From contig OZ024740.1 in NCBI GenBank assembly GCA_964016885.1, forward strand, positions 315,456,001 through 315,520,000: 64,000 nt of DNA. The letters are read 5' to 3'. Below, one piece after another: positions 41,680 to 55,726 of the stretch. The DNA is from Eledone cirrhosa (lineage: Eukaryota). The notes beneath the pieces were generated by a model. That model was not told where the DNA came from. It saw only the letters and a program-made list of their open reading frames with translations, and did no database searches. How positions within the stretch are numbered: the stretch's first letter is position 1; the number at the start of each line of letters is the position of its first letter. Position numbers and translations under genes: made by a program.

Positions 41680-42153
41680 ATAGACATCACACCATCCAAC
41701 CTGTCTTCCTCTATTTTCCCTTCTTACCTTTTCTATACCTCAGTGTCATTCTTCTTTGTCTGCTCATTGGACTGCAGTACATATTATTCTCTTCTGTTTT
41801 ACTATTTCTCTCCTTTCAATATTTTCCCCTTTGACTAAGACCTCACGCACCGTCCTCTCCCTTCTTTGTCAGTTGACGCACTTGGGATACCTTTTCATCT
41901 ATATTCATGTAATTCGCCTAAAGGGATAACTTGTCTCTATCTGTTTTGCTGTGTTCCACTGTGCATTGAAATGAATGGTATCAACTTTAAAATACCGAAA
42001 CTGCGGTGATTCTCAGAGGTTGACTGAGGAGATGGGACTGTCCGTCTTTCCATTGTTTTTTTTTTTTCGTTGTCTTTGTTCTGTGCCCTCTATTTTGAAC
42101 TCATATTCTAAAAACTTAATCATGCGGCCTTTTTATAACTATATATATATATA

Positions 42154-42842
42154 CTAGCTGAGGTACCCGGCTTCGCCCGGGAGAACAGTTAACAGAAGAC
42201 AGATAAAAGAAAAAATGACTGTATTGGATGTGTTGTCTGGGATGAGGTGAGACTGTAATGTGTGTGTTAGAGAGAGAGAGAGACATAAAAAAAAAAACAA
42301 TCATAAAACTTCCTTATTAGGCTGGAAGAGTAAACTGCCGATTAAATGGTAGTACTGGCCCTGGATTTTAAATGTTGTGAAATAACCATAGTCAGTATGA
42401 TCTTTTTCAGCTCCAAAGGATGTCATCTGAAACGCAGCAATATACCACATAACATTGCTTCTGGAGTGTTTAGCTTCGTTAGTACTGTCTATAAGTAGTA
42501 TATCGATAAAAGCTGGAGGGTAGATTAATTTCAAATAGTATCAATTTGTCTTTGTTCTGTAAAATCAAAGACAGTAAAATCTAACGCAATATTGCTAAAC
42601 CTTCAAATGATATACTTTGATCTATAGTTTAAGCCGAATCTAAACTTTTGTGGGATGTCTCTCTCTCTCTGAATATCTAACACTTTAATTGTATCTCTCT
42701 CTGTATAACGCCCTATCTCTCTTTCTGCCCCTCCCTCTGTGTGTCTCTCTCTCTTTAGATGTGTGTGTATGTATTTCTGTGTGGGGGGTGTGTGTGTGAT
42801 TCAACCAACCAATAAAATCTCTCTTTTATATCGTATGTCAGA
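42154..42842 (-). mobile_element. Non-autonomous Helitron derivative
   Basis: 3' end has hairpin CCCGG-gcgaag-CCGGG followed by CTAG|T. Internal AFQMTSFGA...TFKIQGQYYHLIGSLL is a Helitron RepHel N-terminal motif. The 5' TC position is tentative. Confidence 0.8.
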
Positions 42843-43204
42843 ATGGAGGCGGTAAAAACTAATTAGACCATTACTCACCAGATACTTGGTGTAGTAGAGT
42901 GGGGGTAATATGAAAAATTCAGGCGGCTGGGGTCCTGAATTTTTCATATATATATATATATTTGTGTGTGTGTGCGCGTGTCCGTGTGTGTATGCATACA
43001 TACATATACAGCCGGTAGCATCTGGCCAAAACCAAGCGGTAGGAAACCCAGGAGTACCAATATCTCGACTGATCTCGTTTGGTGATCCAGTCGAATCAAT
43101 TGAAGATAGTTGCTTCTTAAAGGGTCCTCTGAAAGACGCTCCTGAGGACTCCGTCCCCCACAACCCTCCCAAGAAGAAGAAGAATTATCTATATATATAT
43201 ATAT

Positions 43205-43323
43205 ATCAAGTTTAATATAGAAATGGCTTCTACAGGACTAGAACTGTTTCATTCAAAAGAAATCATTTCTTTTGAATGAAACAGTTCTAGTCTTGTCGAA
43301 GCCATTTCTATAGTAAACTTGAT
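43205..43323. repeat. Fold-back element family D (copies 44219-44395, about 25961-26033)
   Basis: 59-bp arms around a single base at 43264, next to (TA)n. Confidence 0.88.
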
Positions 43324-46300
43324 CTTTACATACTACTAATGTATTGAGTACCTTACTTACTGTGGTTATTCCCGATTGAACCCGGGACTCGCACACACAC
43401 ACATATTTTCTGTGTTATATATATATAACACAGAAAAAATTATATAAAAGCGAAAGATGTTTCGATTTTCCTGGGAAAATATTGAAAATATTACCAGAGT
43501 TGTCATCCCTGTATTTAAAAAAAAAAAAAAAAAACCTATTTGAGAGTTATCTCCCGTGTAATCAATATATATTTAAATCGTTGATATGTGTGTATATATA
43601 TATATATAAAACTTTCCCGGTCATCCTTTCGAGGTCTATAAAAAAAATTACTAGTCTGGTACTGGAGCCGATTCTTCTTCTATATCTCTTTCTCATTTCC
43701 TCTCTCGCACTTTCTATCTTTCTCTGGAAGAAATCTTATGTACTCAGGCCTGGAGAGGGATGGGGTCCGCCAGGCTTAAAATGGCCAAGAGACGCTGTAT
43801 GTCAATACGGCGTCCCAACAACTCTACCAGGAGTTATGGGACCATGCCATACCATATATATAGTTCAGGGAAACACGAATCGAACAAACAAGAGCATGCA
43901 ATAACATGAAGTGTATTAATTCTATGGCTGGATGCACCTCACTGTGTACTAGGTTAATTTTCTCATGGCACCACCACCACCACTTTACAGGATGGACTGG
44001 GTGCATTTTTCATGGTACCAACACTACCACCTTACAGTGTGGGCTGGGGGCATTTTTGGCACTAGCACTACCATTTGCCAGTGTAGACTAAGTGCATTTT
44101 ATTGTGGAACCAGCACCACGACATCACCCATGTAAAACAAATCCTCACAAAGGAAGTCACTAAAAGAATGAGAAGAGGAGTAGAGAGTGGAGTGAGGTGA
44201 CAGAGCCTATATATATATAGGACTAGAACTGTTTTATTCGGGAGAAATTATCAGGAGAGACTCTTCTGATGATTTCTCCTGAATGAAACAATTCTAGTCC
44301 TGTAGAAGCCATTTCTATATTAAATATTTATGCTCTGCTATATATTGAGTACCTTATTTATTTACTGTGGTTACCCCGATTGAAACCAGGATAAACATAT
44401 ATATATATATACACACGCACACACACAATTTGTAGCATTCAAAGGTAAGAACCTAACTGCAAAAATATGAAATAATGGAAATCACTCAAGTAGGCTAATG
44501 GCATGAATAGGATTAAGTTGTGATATAAGAATGCCATATGTAAAAATAAATTCTTGATAGAAAGTTTAGTGTGGGAACTCTAAATAGGATACATATAAAA
44601 ATAATATAGTTGTGGTAATGTGTGAGTGTGTCAGCATTACTAACCCTTGTCTGAAGACTGCCACCTTACTCTTGCCCTAATATGTCATCCACCTCGTAGT
44701 CCCGGCTGACAAGATAGAGACATTCAAGCTAACAAAGGAGCCTGTACATGGTCACTCAAGTTGCTAGAAATAACAGCCTTAAATACACACCTTAAATTAA
44801 GCATGATATACTGAATAATGTAATTCAGGATATACAAAAAACAGGAAAGTCACCAATGTACACAATCTATCATTGGTCTGCTCAATCAGGGCTGATTTCA
44901 GTCTAAACAATAACTATACTATCATAAACCCCTGTTTCTGAGATTATATTCCACTAATATCTGTAACTTCCTGTGTTCATACTTTTAATATAGTCACTTT
45001 CTTTCTACAGCTGTCAACAGCTGGTTACTCTCCAGGTAGTTGCTCTCCCACTTACTTATTTATTCCATCCATGTCTTTTCCTGTTTATTATCATTAAGTA
45101 CAAGTTCTCACACAATCTTTAATAAAAACAAAAAAAAGGAAGGACACATTGAATAATGTAGTGCAAGAGACACTATGCCTGCAAAAAAAATCACAATGTG
45201 TAAGACTTTTGATCATATGTATGCTGGTTCAGTGCTAACCTGGTGCTAAGAAATAACTACATAAATATGACAAATATAGAATCTGACAATGAATATAGAT
45301 CAAACTATTTATGGGCAGATCTTTTCCTCGTGGTTTCAACAGTTGTTTAAGCTGCATGGCTGAATAGTTAAAGGGTTAGCTTTGCAATCATTAGGTCCCA
45401 GGTTCAATTTCACAGTGTGGCATCTTGGACAAATATTATTTACCATAGCCTCAGGTTGACCTTATGTCTTGTGAGTGATATTGGGTAGACAGAAACTGTT
45501 TGAAAGTCTGTCAGATGGACTGTAACTGTAACTCACAGGACCAGTCCTGTCACACACTGTCCCTGAGAATTACATTAAAGACATGTCTATGGAATGCTCA
45601 GTCACTTACATGTTAACTTCATGAGCAGGCCGTTCCATCGGTAAAAAAAAACTAGAATAGTCATCATTGAAACCAATGGAGGTCCATTCCAAATTCCATT
45701 GTTTCAAGAAAGTAAATGAGAGTGGAGAGGGATCTTGTGATTGCTTTAGAAAACAGATGAGAAGAAATACTGTTCAAAATAACTAATTTCAAATGTCTAT
45801 TTGTCCATTCAGTCATTGTATCCTGACCATAGCTACTATACATACCTGTCATCATCATGATCACCGACTTTTCCAGGTTGGTATGGGTTAGCTGGGACAT
45901 TTTGAAGCAAAATCTTACTGCTGGATGCCATTCCTGACAACCCTTTTAATCATGTCATACAACACAAAAGAATACATTGTGTCTAGTTTAAACCAGATAC
46001 ATAACCACAGTTAATGTATCTGTCATAATTAATTGTGGGCTAATGCTAATTCATCATGTTGTTTTATAGCTTGTTAATTAAAGACACATAATTTAGCGGT
46101 AAGAGAATTATATTCACAATCATGAAGTTACGAGTTTGTGAGCAAGACATTTTATTTCCCACTGTTCTTTCTGCCAGTAGATTATCAGCAATGAAAAGAC
46201 CAATGGAAACATTGTTTCCTTCATCCGATTTTACCACTGGGTGAGCGAATGAGGTCTGGGATCTTGTCAATCAATTTGATCAATCGAATTATAATCACTT

Positions 46301-46603
46301 AATGGTGGTTTGGCAGTATCGGTAGAGGGTCAGACACCATGCTTTGCAGCATAGAGTTACGGCCCTTTATGTTCTGAGTTCAAATCCCACCAAGGTTAAC
46401 TTTGCCTTTCATCCTTACAGGGTCGCTAAAATAAAGTACCAGTAATGCACTAGGATAATTGCTGGCCTTGTGCCAAAAGTAGAAACAATTATTATTGATA
46501 TTCCTACCATCTATCTTTGTCATAGGCCTTGTATAACACGTTTCTGCAGGTAAATCTAAAGATTACTGTGGCTGTGATGTCATCATCAGCAGCAGCAGCA
46601 GCT

Positions 46604-48613
46604 GGAAAGGACACAGTACAACCGATCAATGCCTCCGACTCTCCCAATTCATCTCGGATGGGTTCCAGTCGTCGCAGCGCAAACGCACCCTAGCCACCTT
46701 TTTCGACTTTAGCAGGGCGTACGATCGTGTCTGGAGAACCGGACTACTGCAGAGCATGCTGAGGCTTGGTGTTCCCCTACGTTTTGTTGAATTGTTGTCA
46801 ACATGGTTCGTGAACCGCACCGCGAGGGTCCATCTTAACTCAACGACAGGTAGGAGCAGAGTGTTTAAAGAAGGCCTTCCACAAGGGGCCGTTCTGTCTC
46901 CAATCCTCTTCACGGTCTACATAAACAGCCTCCTAGATGGATTTAAAGAATCTACGCACATCAGCGCCTACGCAGATGATCTGGCGATCGCGTGTAATGG
47001 AAGGAATAAAGATGAAGTAGCTGTCTTACTACAAAAATAGGTTGACAAGGTAGCTGAACGGAGCAAGGAAGCTAGACTGCAGCTCAATATTAATAAATGT
47101 GAGACAGCATTTTTCAGTCTTGATGGAGCAGAGGCAAAGTGGCAGCCCAGTATCGCAATAGCCGGGAAGCAACTTTCTTGCAACCCTTTCCCAAAATTCC
47201 TGGGCATCACATACGATCGGCAGTTAACCTTTGGGGAACATGTCGAGAAGGTATGTCGAACTATCCAATCGAGAACGAACCTACTAAAATCTGTAGCAGG
47301 AACGGCGTGGGGCTGGAAGAAGGCGGATCTTCATCAAATCTACACAGCCGTACAACGAAGCATCGCAGAATATGCGGCCCCAGCGTGGACACCCTGGTTG
47401 CCTGCGACCAACATCGGCAAGCTCGAAAGAGTACAACTAGACGTGTTTCGAGCCATCACCGGCCAAGTCAGAACCACGCCGACTGACACTATGCTAGCAG
47501 AATCCCAGTTACCTATGCTCTCCTCCAGATTCTCGACATTTGCACTGCTTAAAGCTGATCACTGGGCAAACCTACCAAAGACGGACGAACGGCACAAAGT
47601 TTTCAATACCGGCTGCTGAAAAAGGCTCAAAAAGACAGACTGGAGAGGCACCCAATCCCAGCACGACATCTTATACCCCCCCCCCCCCCCCCCCCGACAC
47701 CACTACCCAAAGACCAAGAACCTCCTCCATGGCTAACCCCACCCCCCATACATGTAATCTACACCAATACCTCAAAGTCCCAAAACGCAAACCAACTGAC
47801 GGCAGCCTTAGACACCATATCAACCCTCGCCCCATCAGATGTTCAAATCTACACCGATGGCGGAGCTGGTATGGTCATCATGAAAGATGGTGATGTCGTC
47901 CACGAGTGGCGTACAGCAACAGGCGCTAGAAGTAGCACCTTTCACTCAGAAAAAGCTGCGCTTAGAGAAGCCATCCACTAGTTACAAACCAATAACGCAA
48001 AATGGACTTCGGCGACCATCATCTGCGACTGTAAATCTATAGTTCAGGCAATCGACAACTCTGCCCCCAAAGATCCCACTATAACAGAACTCCAGGCAGA
48101 ACTCCTAACTGTTGTATGGGTCCCTGGTCACTGTAATCTACTAGGGAATGAACTAGCAGACAAACTCGCAAAGCAGGGCTCCTCACTTCCACAACCTAAC
48201 ACCCCTGCTGACCATGCCACGAGACAAGCTCTCATCAAAAGGGAGTGTAGACCAGCACCCTTCACCCACGAGAGAACTATCCAAACCTTCAGCAAACCGC
48301 CGGACGAGAGAGTCTAAAACGCTATAGACAAGGCTGATCTCACCCACCTTATCCGCTTCAGAAGTGGGCACCATCCAGCACTTGGCAGGTGGCAGCTACT
48401 GACCGACAAATGTGAAGACAGCACTTGCAGACTCTGCGGTAAAAAGGAGGGGGAGTCTGAACACCTCTGGCTATGATGCCCTGCATTGGCAATCGAGAGA
48501 TACCATCACCAACTCGGCACATAGAGGAATTAGTCCGTCTCCCAGTCGCATCTCTAGCGCTTCTGAGGAGGATCCTCAGGCGCCTGTGGTGTATCAACAA
48601 CAACAACAACAAC
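46604..48613 (+). mobile_element. I-group (Ingi-like) LINE with RNase H, 5'-truncated and degenerate
   Basis: DFSRAYDRVW, GLPQGAVLSP, YADDLA, RNase H motifs IYTDG and WVPGH..GNELAD, C-terminal CRLC...H, (CAA)n tail. Confidence 0.85.
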
Positions 48614-48959
48614 AGCAGCATTTTGAGATCTGTTCTCATCACTTCTGCCAAAGTCTTCTTTGATCTTCTACTGCAGCTTCCTTCCACCAGTAATGCCTGC
48701 TACTTCTTCACCCAACAATCATCATCCATATATATCACATGTCCATTCTAGTAGTCTTCTCTCAAGCACACATTTGATTCCTCTTATACCCAGTTTTTCT
48801 CTCACCCGATCCACGCTTTGCCCTTCATACATATTAAAATGACACATCCATCATGTTTACTTCATTTCCTTCCAGCCTCCGCATATTTTAACTATCAAAA
48901 TTCTAATCATCAATTTCATCCTTTATCATTACAACATCAATTACCGTATATATTTGAAT

Positions 48960-49585
48960 ATAGCTGTATATAGCTATGGTGTGTCCACACTTAGAATTTG
49001 CATCACCAATCTGGAACCCTTATCTTGCTTAGAATATTGATCTCCTGGAACCTGTTCAGAGATGTGCAACCAAACAAATACCCTCCATCAGGCATCTACC
49101 ATACTCTGAACACCTTGCTTCCCTGAGCATGGATATGTTAAAACTCCAACATCTGGCAGCTGAATTGGTAGATACTCACAAGATAATCAACTATTTTTCA
49201 ACAACCCTGAGTAACTTTTTGAATTCCATATGTCTAATGCCTGTAGACATACTTACAAAATCAGAAAACAGTACAGCTCCCATGACTTTCAGAAACTTTT
49301 TCACACTCAGAATTACTGAAACATGGAACCAACTACTTGCATCAGTTGTTAGCTATCGGGACACTGCATCCTTCAAAACTTCCATGCTTCCCAAAATTCA
49401 CCAACACTACACCTGATATTCCCCCTCCATACACACGCATGCATGCATGTGTGTGTGTGTGTCTGTATGTGAGTGTATCATGACTCGTATATTGTTCACA
49501 TTCCTGATGTTTATACATTATTCTATTATTATACATGCACCTTTGATGAGTTGTAGTGCACCTGAGCACTGTACACAATAATTAT
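48960..49585 (+). mobile_element. 3' fragment of the same CR1-like family (shorter pieces at about 52590-52935 and 61255-61345, minus)
   Basis: Nucleotide similarity to 58283-58880, including the gtagtgcacctgagcactgtacacaat 3' end. Confidence 0.85.
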
Positions 49586-49987
49586 AAAAATAAATATAAT
49601 GAAATACTGCAAGACATTCAGTCTGGCACTCTACCAATTCTACCATCTATCACCATTTAAAATCTACATTATAATAAGAATGCTGTCTGTCTGTCTGTCC
49701 ATCCCTCCATCCATTACGCTCACTTTATATAGAGAGAGGGAGCACTAAGCAAGATAGAGAAAAAGGAATGCTGTGTGGTTTCAGGTGACTTCATCCTCAT
49801 CTATATAGAGAGAAGGGGAGCGCTAAGCAAGAGATACAAACCATAAATAGAGAGAGAAAAGGAACATCATTTGTTTAAAGAGAGAGAGAGTGTGTGTGAG
49901 TGTGAGTGTGTGTGTGTGTGTGTATGCGCGCATCAGAAAGAGGGAGAAGACGACATTGCTCTCATCCAGTAGTAATAATTTGTTATA

Positions 49988-50193
49988 CGAGGGTTGGCTG
50001 AAAAGTTCATAGGCTAACCAAGATACTCTCAGGGAATGACTTAATGAGATTTATTTTTTCAACATAGTCCCTGGAAGCAAACAATGCACAATACAGTTAT
50101 TAATAAGAAGAGTTGAAATTGATGCATGCAAGATATCACAGCTCTAGCATCAATCCTTCATAGTCAACCTGTAAACTTTTCAGCCAACACTCA
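49988..50193. mobile_element. Mariner-type MITE (copies about 53983-54170 and partial 54980-55080)
   Basis: TIRs cgagggttggctgaaaagtt / aacttttcagccaacactca with TA flanks. Internal sequence shared between copies. Confidence 0.75.
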
Positions 50194-50482
50194 TATTGGC
50201 CAAAGACCAGAAATTTTAAAAGAACTGTATATTTATTTGAATCAACTTGTGTGTAATACTGTAGTTTAGTATAGCAGTGTTTGAGAGAATGGAAGGCAAA
50301 GTTAGCCCTAGTGAGATCTGAACCCAGAAAGGTGGAGTTCCTAGCTGAATAAAACATTTTTCCCAGATCAGCTCAACTTACTACTGTCTGTATTAGTAAC
50401 AATAATATTAAAGTTAGTAAAACATCTTTTTAATAATTCTCTCCCAACAAATTTGGTGACATTTCCAGTTGTGTCCAAAGTT

Positions 50483-50596
50483 TTAAAGTTTACTTTGAGC
50501 CTGTAAAAATGGAATGGTCAGTTTTGGAAAGTCATCATCAAAAGCAGCATTGAGTACATCTGTGACATTCTGGGCAAGGATGAATGACAACTGGTT
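50483..50596 (-). CDS. LONP2: LONP2 terminal coding exon ending in the PTS1 signal SKL
   Basis: Translated by hand: NQLSFILAQNVTDVLNAAFDDDFPKLTIPFLQAQSKL-stop. C-terminal SKL identifies the peroxisomal paralogue rather than mitochondrial LONP1. Confidence 0.93.
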   Translation of the reverse strand, partial: NQLSFILAQNVTDVLNAAFDDDFPKLTIPFLQAQSKL

Positions 50597-51343
50597 CTGA
50601 AAGTAAGAAATGAATGAGAATATAGTAGTGTGGTGGTGGTGGTGGTGGTGGTGGTTGTTATGATGTTAATGGTAGTGATGGTATTACTGTGGTGGTGGTG
50701 GCTGTGATGGTGTAAATAGTATTAATATGGTGGTAGTGGTTGGGTAGTATTGGTGGCATTACTATTGGTGGTGGTGAGTATGTTGAAAATGTCTAGCGTT
50801 TAATGAAAGTGGTCAAAAGTTGAACAAGTAGATTTGTACTAGAAAGACGGGTTGTTTAATGGTTCAGTCTGGAAAAAAGGGCGTTGCCATGACCTTTGCA
50901 GATCCTCTGAGTTGGGTAATATCTGGTATGGTTGATACTCTATAAGTCAATGACAGTAGGGAAAACGTGGACGGGTAGGGTTTTCTGAAGATTGACATTC
51001 TGGCTAGGAAAGAAGGATTGGTGATACTGTTTAGTGTAGGAAGAGGAGAGGAGGGTGACTTGTGAGACATAGTATGGGTGTAGTAAAGTGGGGTATTTAA
51101 GTAGGTGGAGAAACAAAGTGAGTTGTTGCTAGAGAAAGGAGGAGCAGGGATCAGGAATCAAAGTTTATTGTGACATGAAACAAAGAAAGTTGTTTATTGA
51201 GAGGTAAGAGAAAGCAGATGGAAAAGTATTTAAAATGAAAGAGTTTGGTGCATTGATTGTTAAAGATTTCACAATATTAAGGGATACCTTTCATTCTTTT
51301 AAATATGTGACAGTTAGACATGTTTTTATTTTATCTTGTAGAG

Positions 51344-51528
51344 CAGGGTTTCTCAAAGGTTTTCAAACGCAGAACCCTTTTTGGTTCAGAAACTTTTGGG
51401 GGAACCCCAAAGTCTAACACTGTTATATGGCCGTAATATAAATATACTCCTCTACATTTTTTCAGGGAACCCCAGACACTCCTTTGTGGAACCCTTGGGT
51501 TCCGCAGAAGCCACTTAGGGAACCACTG
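51344..51528. mobile_element. hAT (Charlie-like) MITE in the last LONP2 intron
   Basis: Ends CAGGGTTTCTCAA / TAGGGAACCACTG with 8-bp TSD ttgtagag / gtgtagag. Confidence 0.75.
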
Positions 51529-51715
51529 GTGTAGAGGACGAATTGCAGCATAACTATAGTTTAATGCCCTCCCACCAAGTTTGGTGCATGGATTTGATGG
51601 GTGTGAGGAGAAAGTTAGAGAAAGAAATGAATATAGAGAAGAGACAGTAAAGAAGGGAAAAATAAAATACAAATATTTCACACACACACCCAGTCAACCT
51701 TTGCCTACAACTTAC

Positions 51716-51826
51716 TTTTACATTTACTGGGATTTCGTGTAAGTCTTTCTCATTTCTCTGTGGCATAATTATCCGTTGTATTCCTGCTCGATGGGCAGCC
51801 AGGACTTTCTCTTTGATACCACCAAC
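51716..51826 (-). CDS. LONP2: LONP2 exon with catalytic Lys
   Basis: [37 protein letters not shown]. 111 nt, acceptor acag, donor gtaagt. Confidence 0.95.
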
Positions 51827-52348
51827 CTGTAATGTAATAACAAAAAATGAGAGGCTGGCTTATCTGGGAGATCAGTAGCCACTGCTTCAGTACTGACTTG
51901 GTCTATGTAGACCTGTCCAACTCTTGCTAGCAGGGAAAGCAGACGTTAACACAAAGATGATGATGATGATGATGATAGATAGTCACATGGTACATAGTCT
52001 CTGGGCAGAACAGTTCCTACTACATTCAGAGAGGTTAGTGGCCACATGCTAAATAACCTCAAGTCATAGAAATAGCAACCAAAGCACACTCAAATCATAC
52101 ACACCAGATAGCCCGCAGATGAGAGCAAAATCTTACTCAAATTACTCTATCATTTGATATAATATATACAGTATATTTCTTTAGAAATATCGTAATGAAA
52201 TGGTTAAGATATATAAAAAGTAATTTTTTTTTTTTTTGTTTTGCTTTTGTTTTTTAAAATGCTGTTTATTTCTTTAATTCAGTCAAAAATATATTTATCG
52301 TGTTATAAATAAATAAATAAATGAATAAATAAATAAACAGCAACTCAC

Positions 52349-52546
52349 CGGTAGCACAAGGCCTCGCAGAGTTATTTCTCCTGTCATAGCTGTATCAGAA
52401 CGAACTGCGTGTCCACTGAAGAGAGAGACCAACACACAGACAACTGTAACTCCAGCAGATGGTCCATCTTTACCAACAGCTCCAGCCGGGAAATGAATGT
52501 GTAAATCTATGTTTTTCCGATCCACAGAGAAAGTTTCCAAACCAAG
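52349..52546 (-). CDS. LONP2: LONP2 exon with catalytic Ser
   Basis: [18 protein letters not shown]...[14 protein letters not shown]. 198 nt, acceptor tttag, donor gtgagt. Confidence 0.96.
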
Positions 52547-53374
52547 CTAAAATACAACATAAAAATAGTGCATCAACTCAACAGACGCATGTACTACAAC
52601 TCATCAAAGGTGCATGTATAGTACATAGAATAATGTACAAGTGTCAGGAAAGTGAATAGTGTATGAGTCATGATATACACAGAGACACACAGATACATGC
52701 GTGCGGGTGTATGGAGGGGGAAATATCAGGTGTAGTTTTGGGGAATTTGAGGAAGCATGAAAGTTTTGAATGATGCAGTGTCCCAACAGCTAACAACTGA
52801 TGCAGGGAGTTTGTTCCATGCTTCAGCAACTCTCAGCTTTAAAAAATGTTTCCAACTGTCATGGGAGTTGCGCTGTTTTCTGATTTTGTAAATGTGTTCA
52901 CAGGTGTTAGACACATGGAATTCAAAAAGTTCTTCAAAAGGTAGACGTAGCATAGCAGAATGGTTAAGAAGTTCGTTTGCAACCATGTGTCCCAGATCCG
53001 ATCACACTGGATGACATTTCGGGTTATTGTTATTTACCATAGCCTCAGGGCAACCCATGCCATGTGAGAGAAATTGGGTAGATATAAATTGTTTAGAAGC
53101 CCCTCAGATGGAATGTACCCATCATTCAAAGGGCCAGCTTTGTCACGCACGGCTTCATACTGAATCACTCTGAGAATTAACATATATAATCGAATATAAA
53201 CTGAGGAATATATGACTAAATAATCGATGTAGACGAGGGGTCAGCATATATTTGGGGTCAGTAGTGCATATCCATACATAAATAATATGACTGTCTTTTT
53301 ATGTAATTTATTACAAAATGTGAAACCAGAAAAAAATCGATTTTATAACTCCTGAGTTGAAAAATAATGATTAC

Positions 53375-53587
53375 CTTTTTAGCATGACTCCTCACCCAGT
53401 TAAGGGCCAATGTAGCTGACTCCTTCATTACATCACCAAGTTGTCCAGTCAAAGTGAGTTGACCTTCTCCAGCCATACTTAAAGCTTCCACAAACATAAT
53501 TTGCCCTCCATTCTCAGTCCAGGCTAGACCAACAGCTACACCAGGTTGAGCCAGACGTTCAGACATTTCATTGTAATACATGGGTGG
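53375..53587 (-). CDS. LONP2: LONP2 exon (start of protease domain)
   Basis: [14 protein letters not shown]...[15 protein letters not shown]. 213 nt, AG/GT bounded. Confidence 0.95.
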
Positions 53588-54326
53588 CTGCAAGTAAAAT
53601 CAGAGTCATTTAATTTGCAATTCCTAATTAACAACATAAAATACAAAATAAACAATCCCAAACAATCATATATTTAAATCCTTTCTACAAACTAAAGATT
53701 TCCTAATATGTTGGAGTGTGGACAGTAAAATCAATATTGTATAACACTCCATCCACAAGACAATTCTTCTCCTCATACAATGATATCCATTCCTTCTACT
53801 TGTCACAAACCATACAGCATTTTATTCTAATGTCATATCAAACATGTCTTAGCTATATCCCCATGTCACAAACCATATACCCTCTTATCCTAATGTCCAC
53901 ATCAAATGTGTCTTAGCTATATCCCTATTTCACAAACCATATATACTTTTATCCTAATATTTATATCATATTTGTCTCAGTTACAAGGGTAAGCTAAAAC
54001 ATTCATAGTCTGACTATGAAGGAGTGAAGCGAAATCTTGCATGCATTAATTTCAACTCTTCTTATTAATAACTGCATTGTTTCTTTCCAGGGACCATGTT
54101 GAAAAATAAACCTCATTTGGTCATTCCATGAGGGTATCTTGGTCAGCCTATGAACTTTTCAGCTGACTCTATATATCTTGTATATACCTATGTCTCAAAT
54201 CATACATCCTTTTATCCTAATATCCACATTAAACTTGTCTCGGTTATATCCCTACGGAGGTCGGCTGAAAAATGATGTTTGTGATAGTAGTAATAGTAGT
54301 TTAATGAAAGAATTCAGACGCCTTAC

Positions 54327-54631
54327 GCCGAGTATGTCCTCTAGAGCTGTCTCGTCAATAACAATAGGCGTATCAGGTGGATGAGCCAAGGGAGGTAACT
54401 CAGTCGTAGCCGTCTCAAGTTTGTCACCAACAGCGTTATCGTTATCGTTCGCCGTCATTGCTATCACGCTTTCTTCTTTGGTTGTCGTGTTGGTTGGATT
54501 TGAATTGACTACTTGCTTCAAGGGTAGACTAGGTGAGTTAGTTTCGGCCACCTGAACAGCCACAGCACGACACACAGCTGCAATTGTTCGTTCCAGATTC
54601 CTTACTCCTGCTTCTCTGGTATACTGGGAAA
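54327..54631 (-). CDS. LONP2: LONP2 exon (sensor-2 plus low-complexity insert)
   Basis: ISQYTREAGVRNLERTIAAVCRAVAV...IDETALEDILG. Acceptor ctag, donor gtaagg, phase consistent. Confidence 0.93.
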
Positions 54632-55726
54632 CTAGAAGAAAAAAATACATTATATTATATATCTTTATTAAATAGCCAGAAGGCGAAGAGAAGGAAGTAC
54701 CACGACCTTTACACTCCCTCCAAGTCGGAACATATATCCATAGTTACACACATACACACGCAAACACAGGCATACATAAGAATGTATACATACTTTTCTT
54801 TACACAACCCTTTTCAAAATAAAATACTATGAGCCTAAACTACACAAAACACACCACATAAAATATAATTACCCAGTTAGTTAAAATCACAACATAATTC
54901 TTCGTACTAGAGAGATCGTAGTCCACACAATATCAGAGGCATTATTTCCCACATAAACTTTAACATAAAAAATAGACATGTGAGGATAGGCTGAAAAGTT
55001 CATAGGCTGACTATGACGGAGTGATGTTAAAGATGTGAAATCTTGCATTCATTAATTTTAACTCTTCCCTATTAATATAATATTGTTGTTTGTACAAACA
55101 TACTAAAAACTGTTGTTTTTACATGATAAATCTTACACTCCAATTACTAAAGAGAATGTATTCAAGAAGACTGACAGTATATAAGAATAAGACATGTAAA
55201 ACCACCAACTGATACATAGAGTTTGAAAAATATTAAATTTTAATTTTCTGAAATACTTCACAGCAATAAAGCAAATGAAAATATGTTTAACCCTTTAGTA
55301 TTTACATTACTCTATATATACTGGCGTCACGCAGTAATACAGGGTACCCGACCTCCCATGGGTACATGCTGAAGCATATAAACAATATGTCTTGAGCCCA
55401 GAAGTTTACCAGGTTGGTCTTTATCCCAGTTTCATAGCGTGAAGCGACAGAGTACATGACTCCTGACAGAACAGAACAGAAGTCCGTCACAGGATTAAAC
55501 CCCCAGTTACTGCTGGTACTTATTTTCAACTGAGTATACTGGAGCAACATGAAATTAAGTGTTTTTGCTCAAGAACACAACACACAATCCAGTCCAGGAT
55601 TCGAACCCATGATATTATAATCATAAGTCCAACACCATTACCACTAGGCCTCACACCTCCTCTATTTTCATCAAACATGTACTATATTTTAATGAGATAA
55701 AATAATTAGTGAAATATATTCCATAC

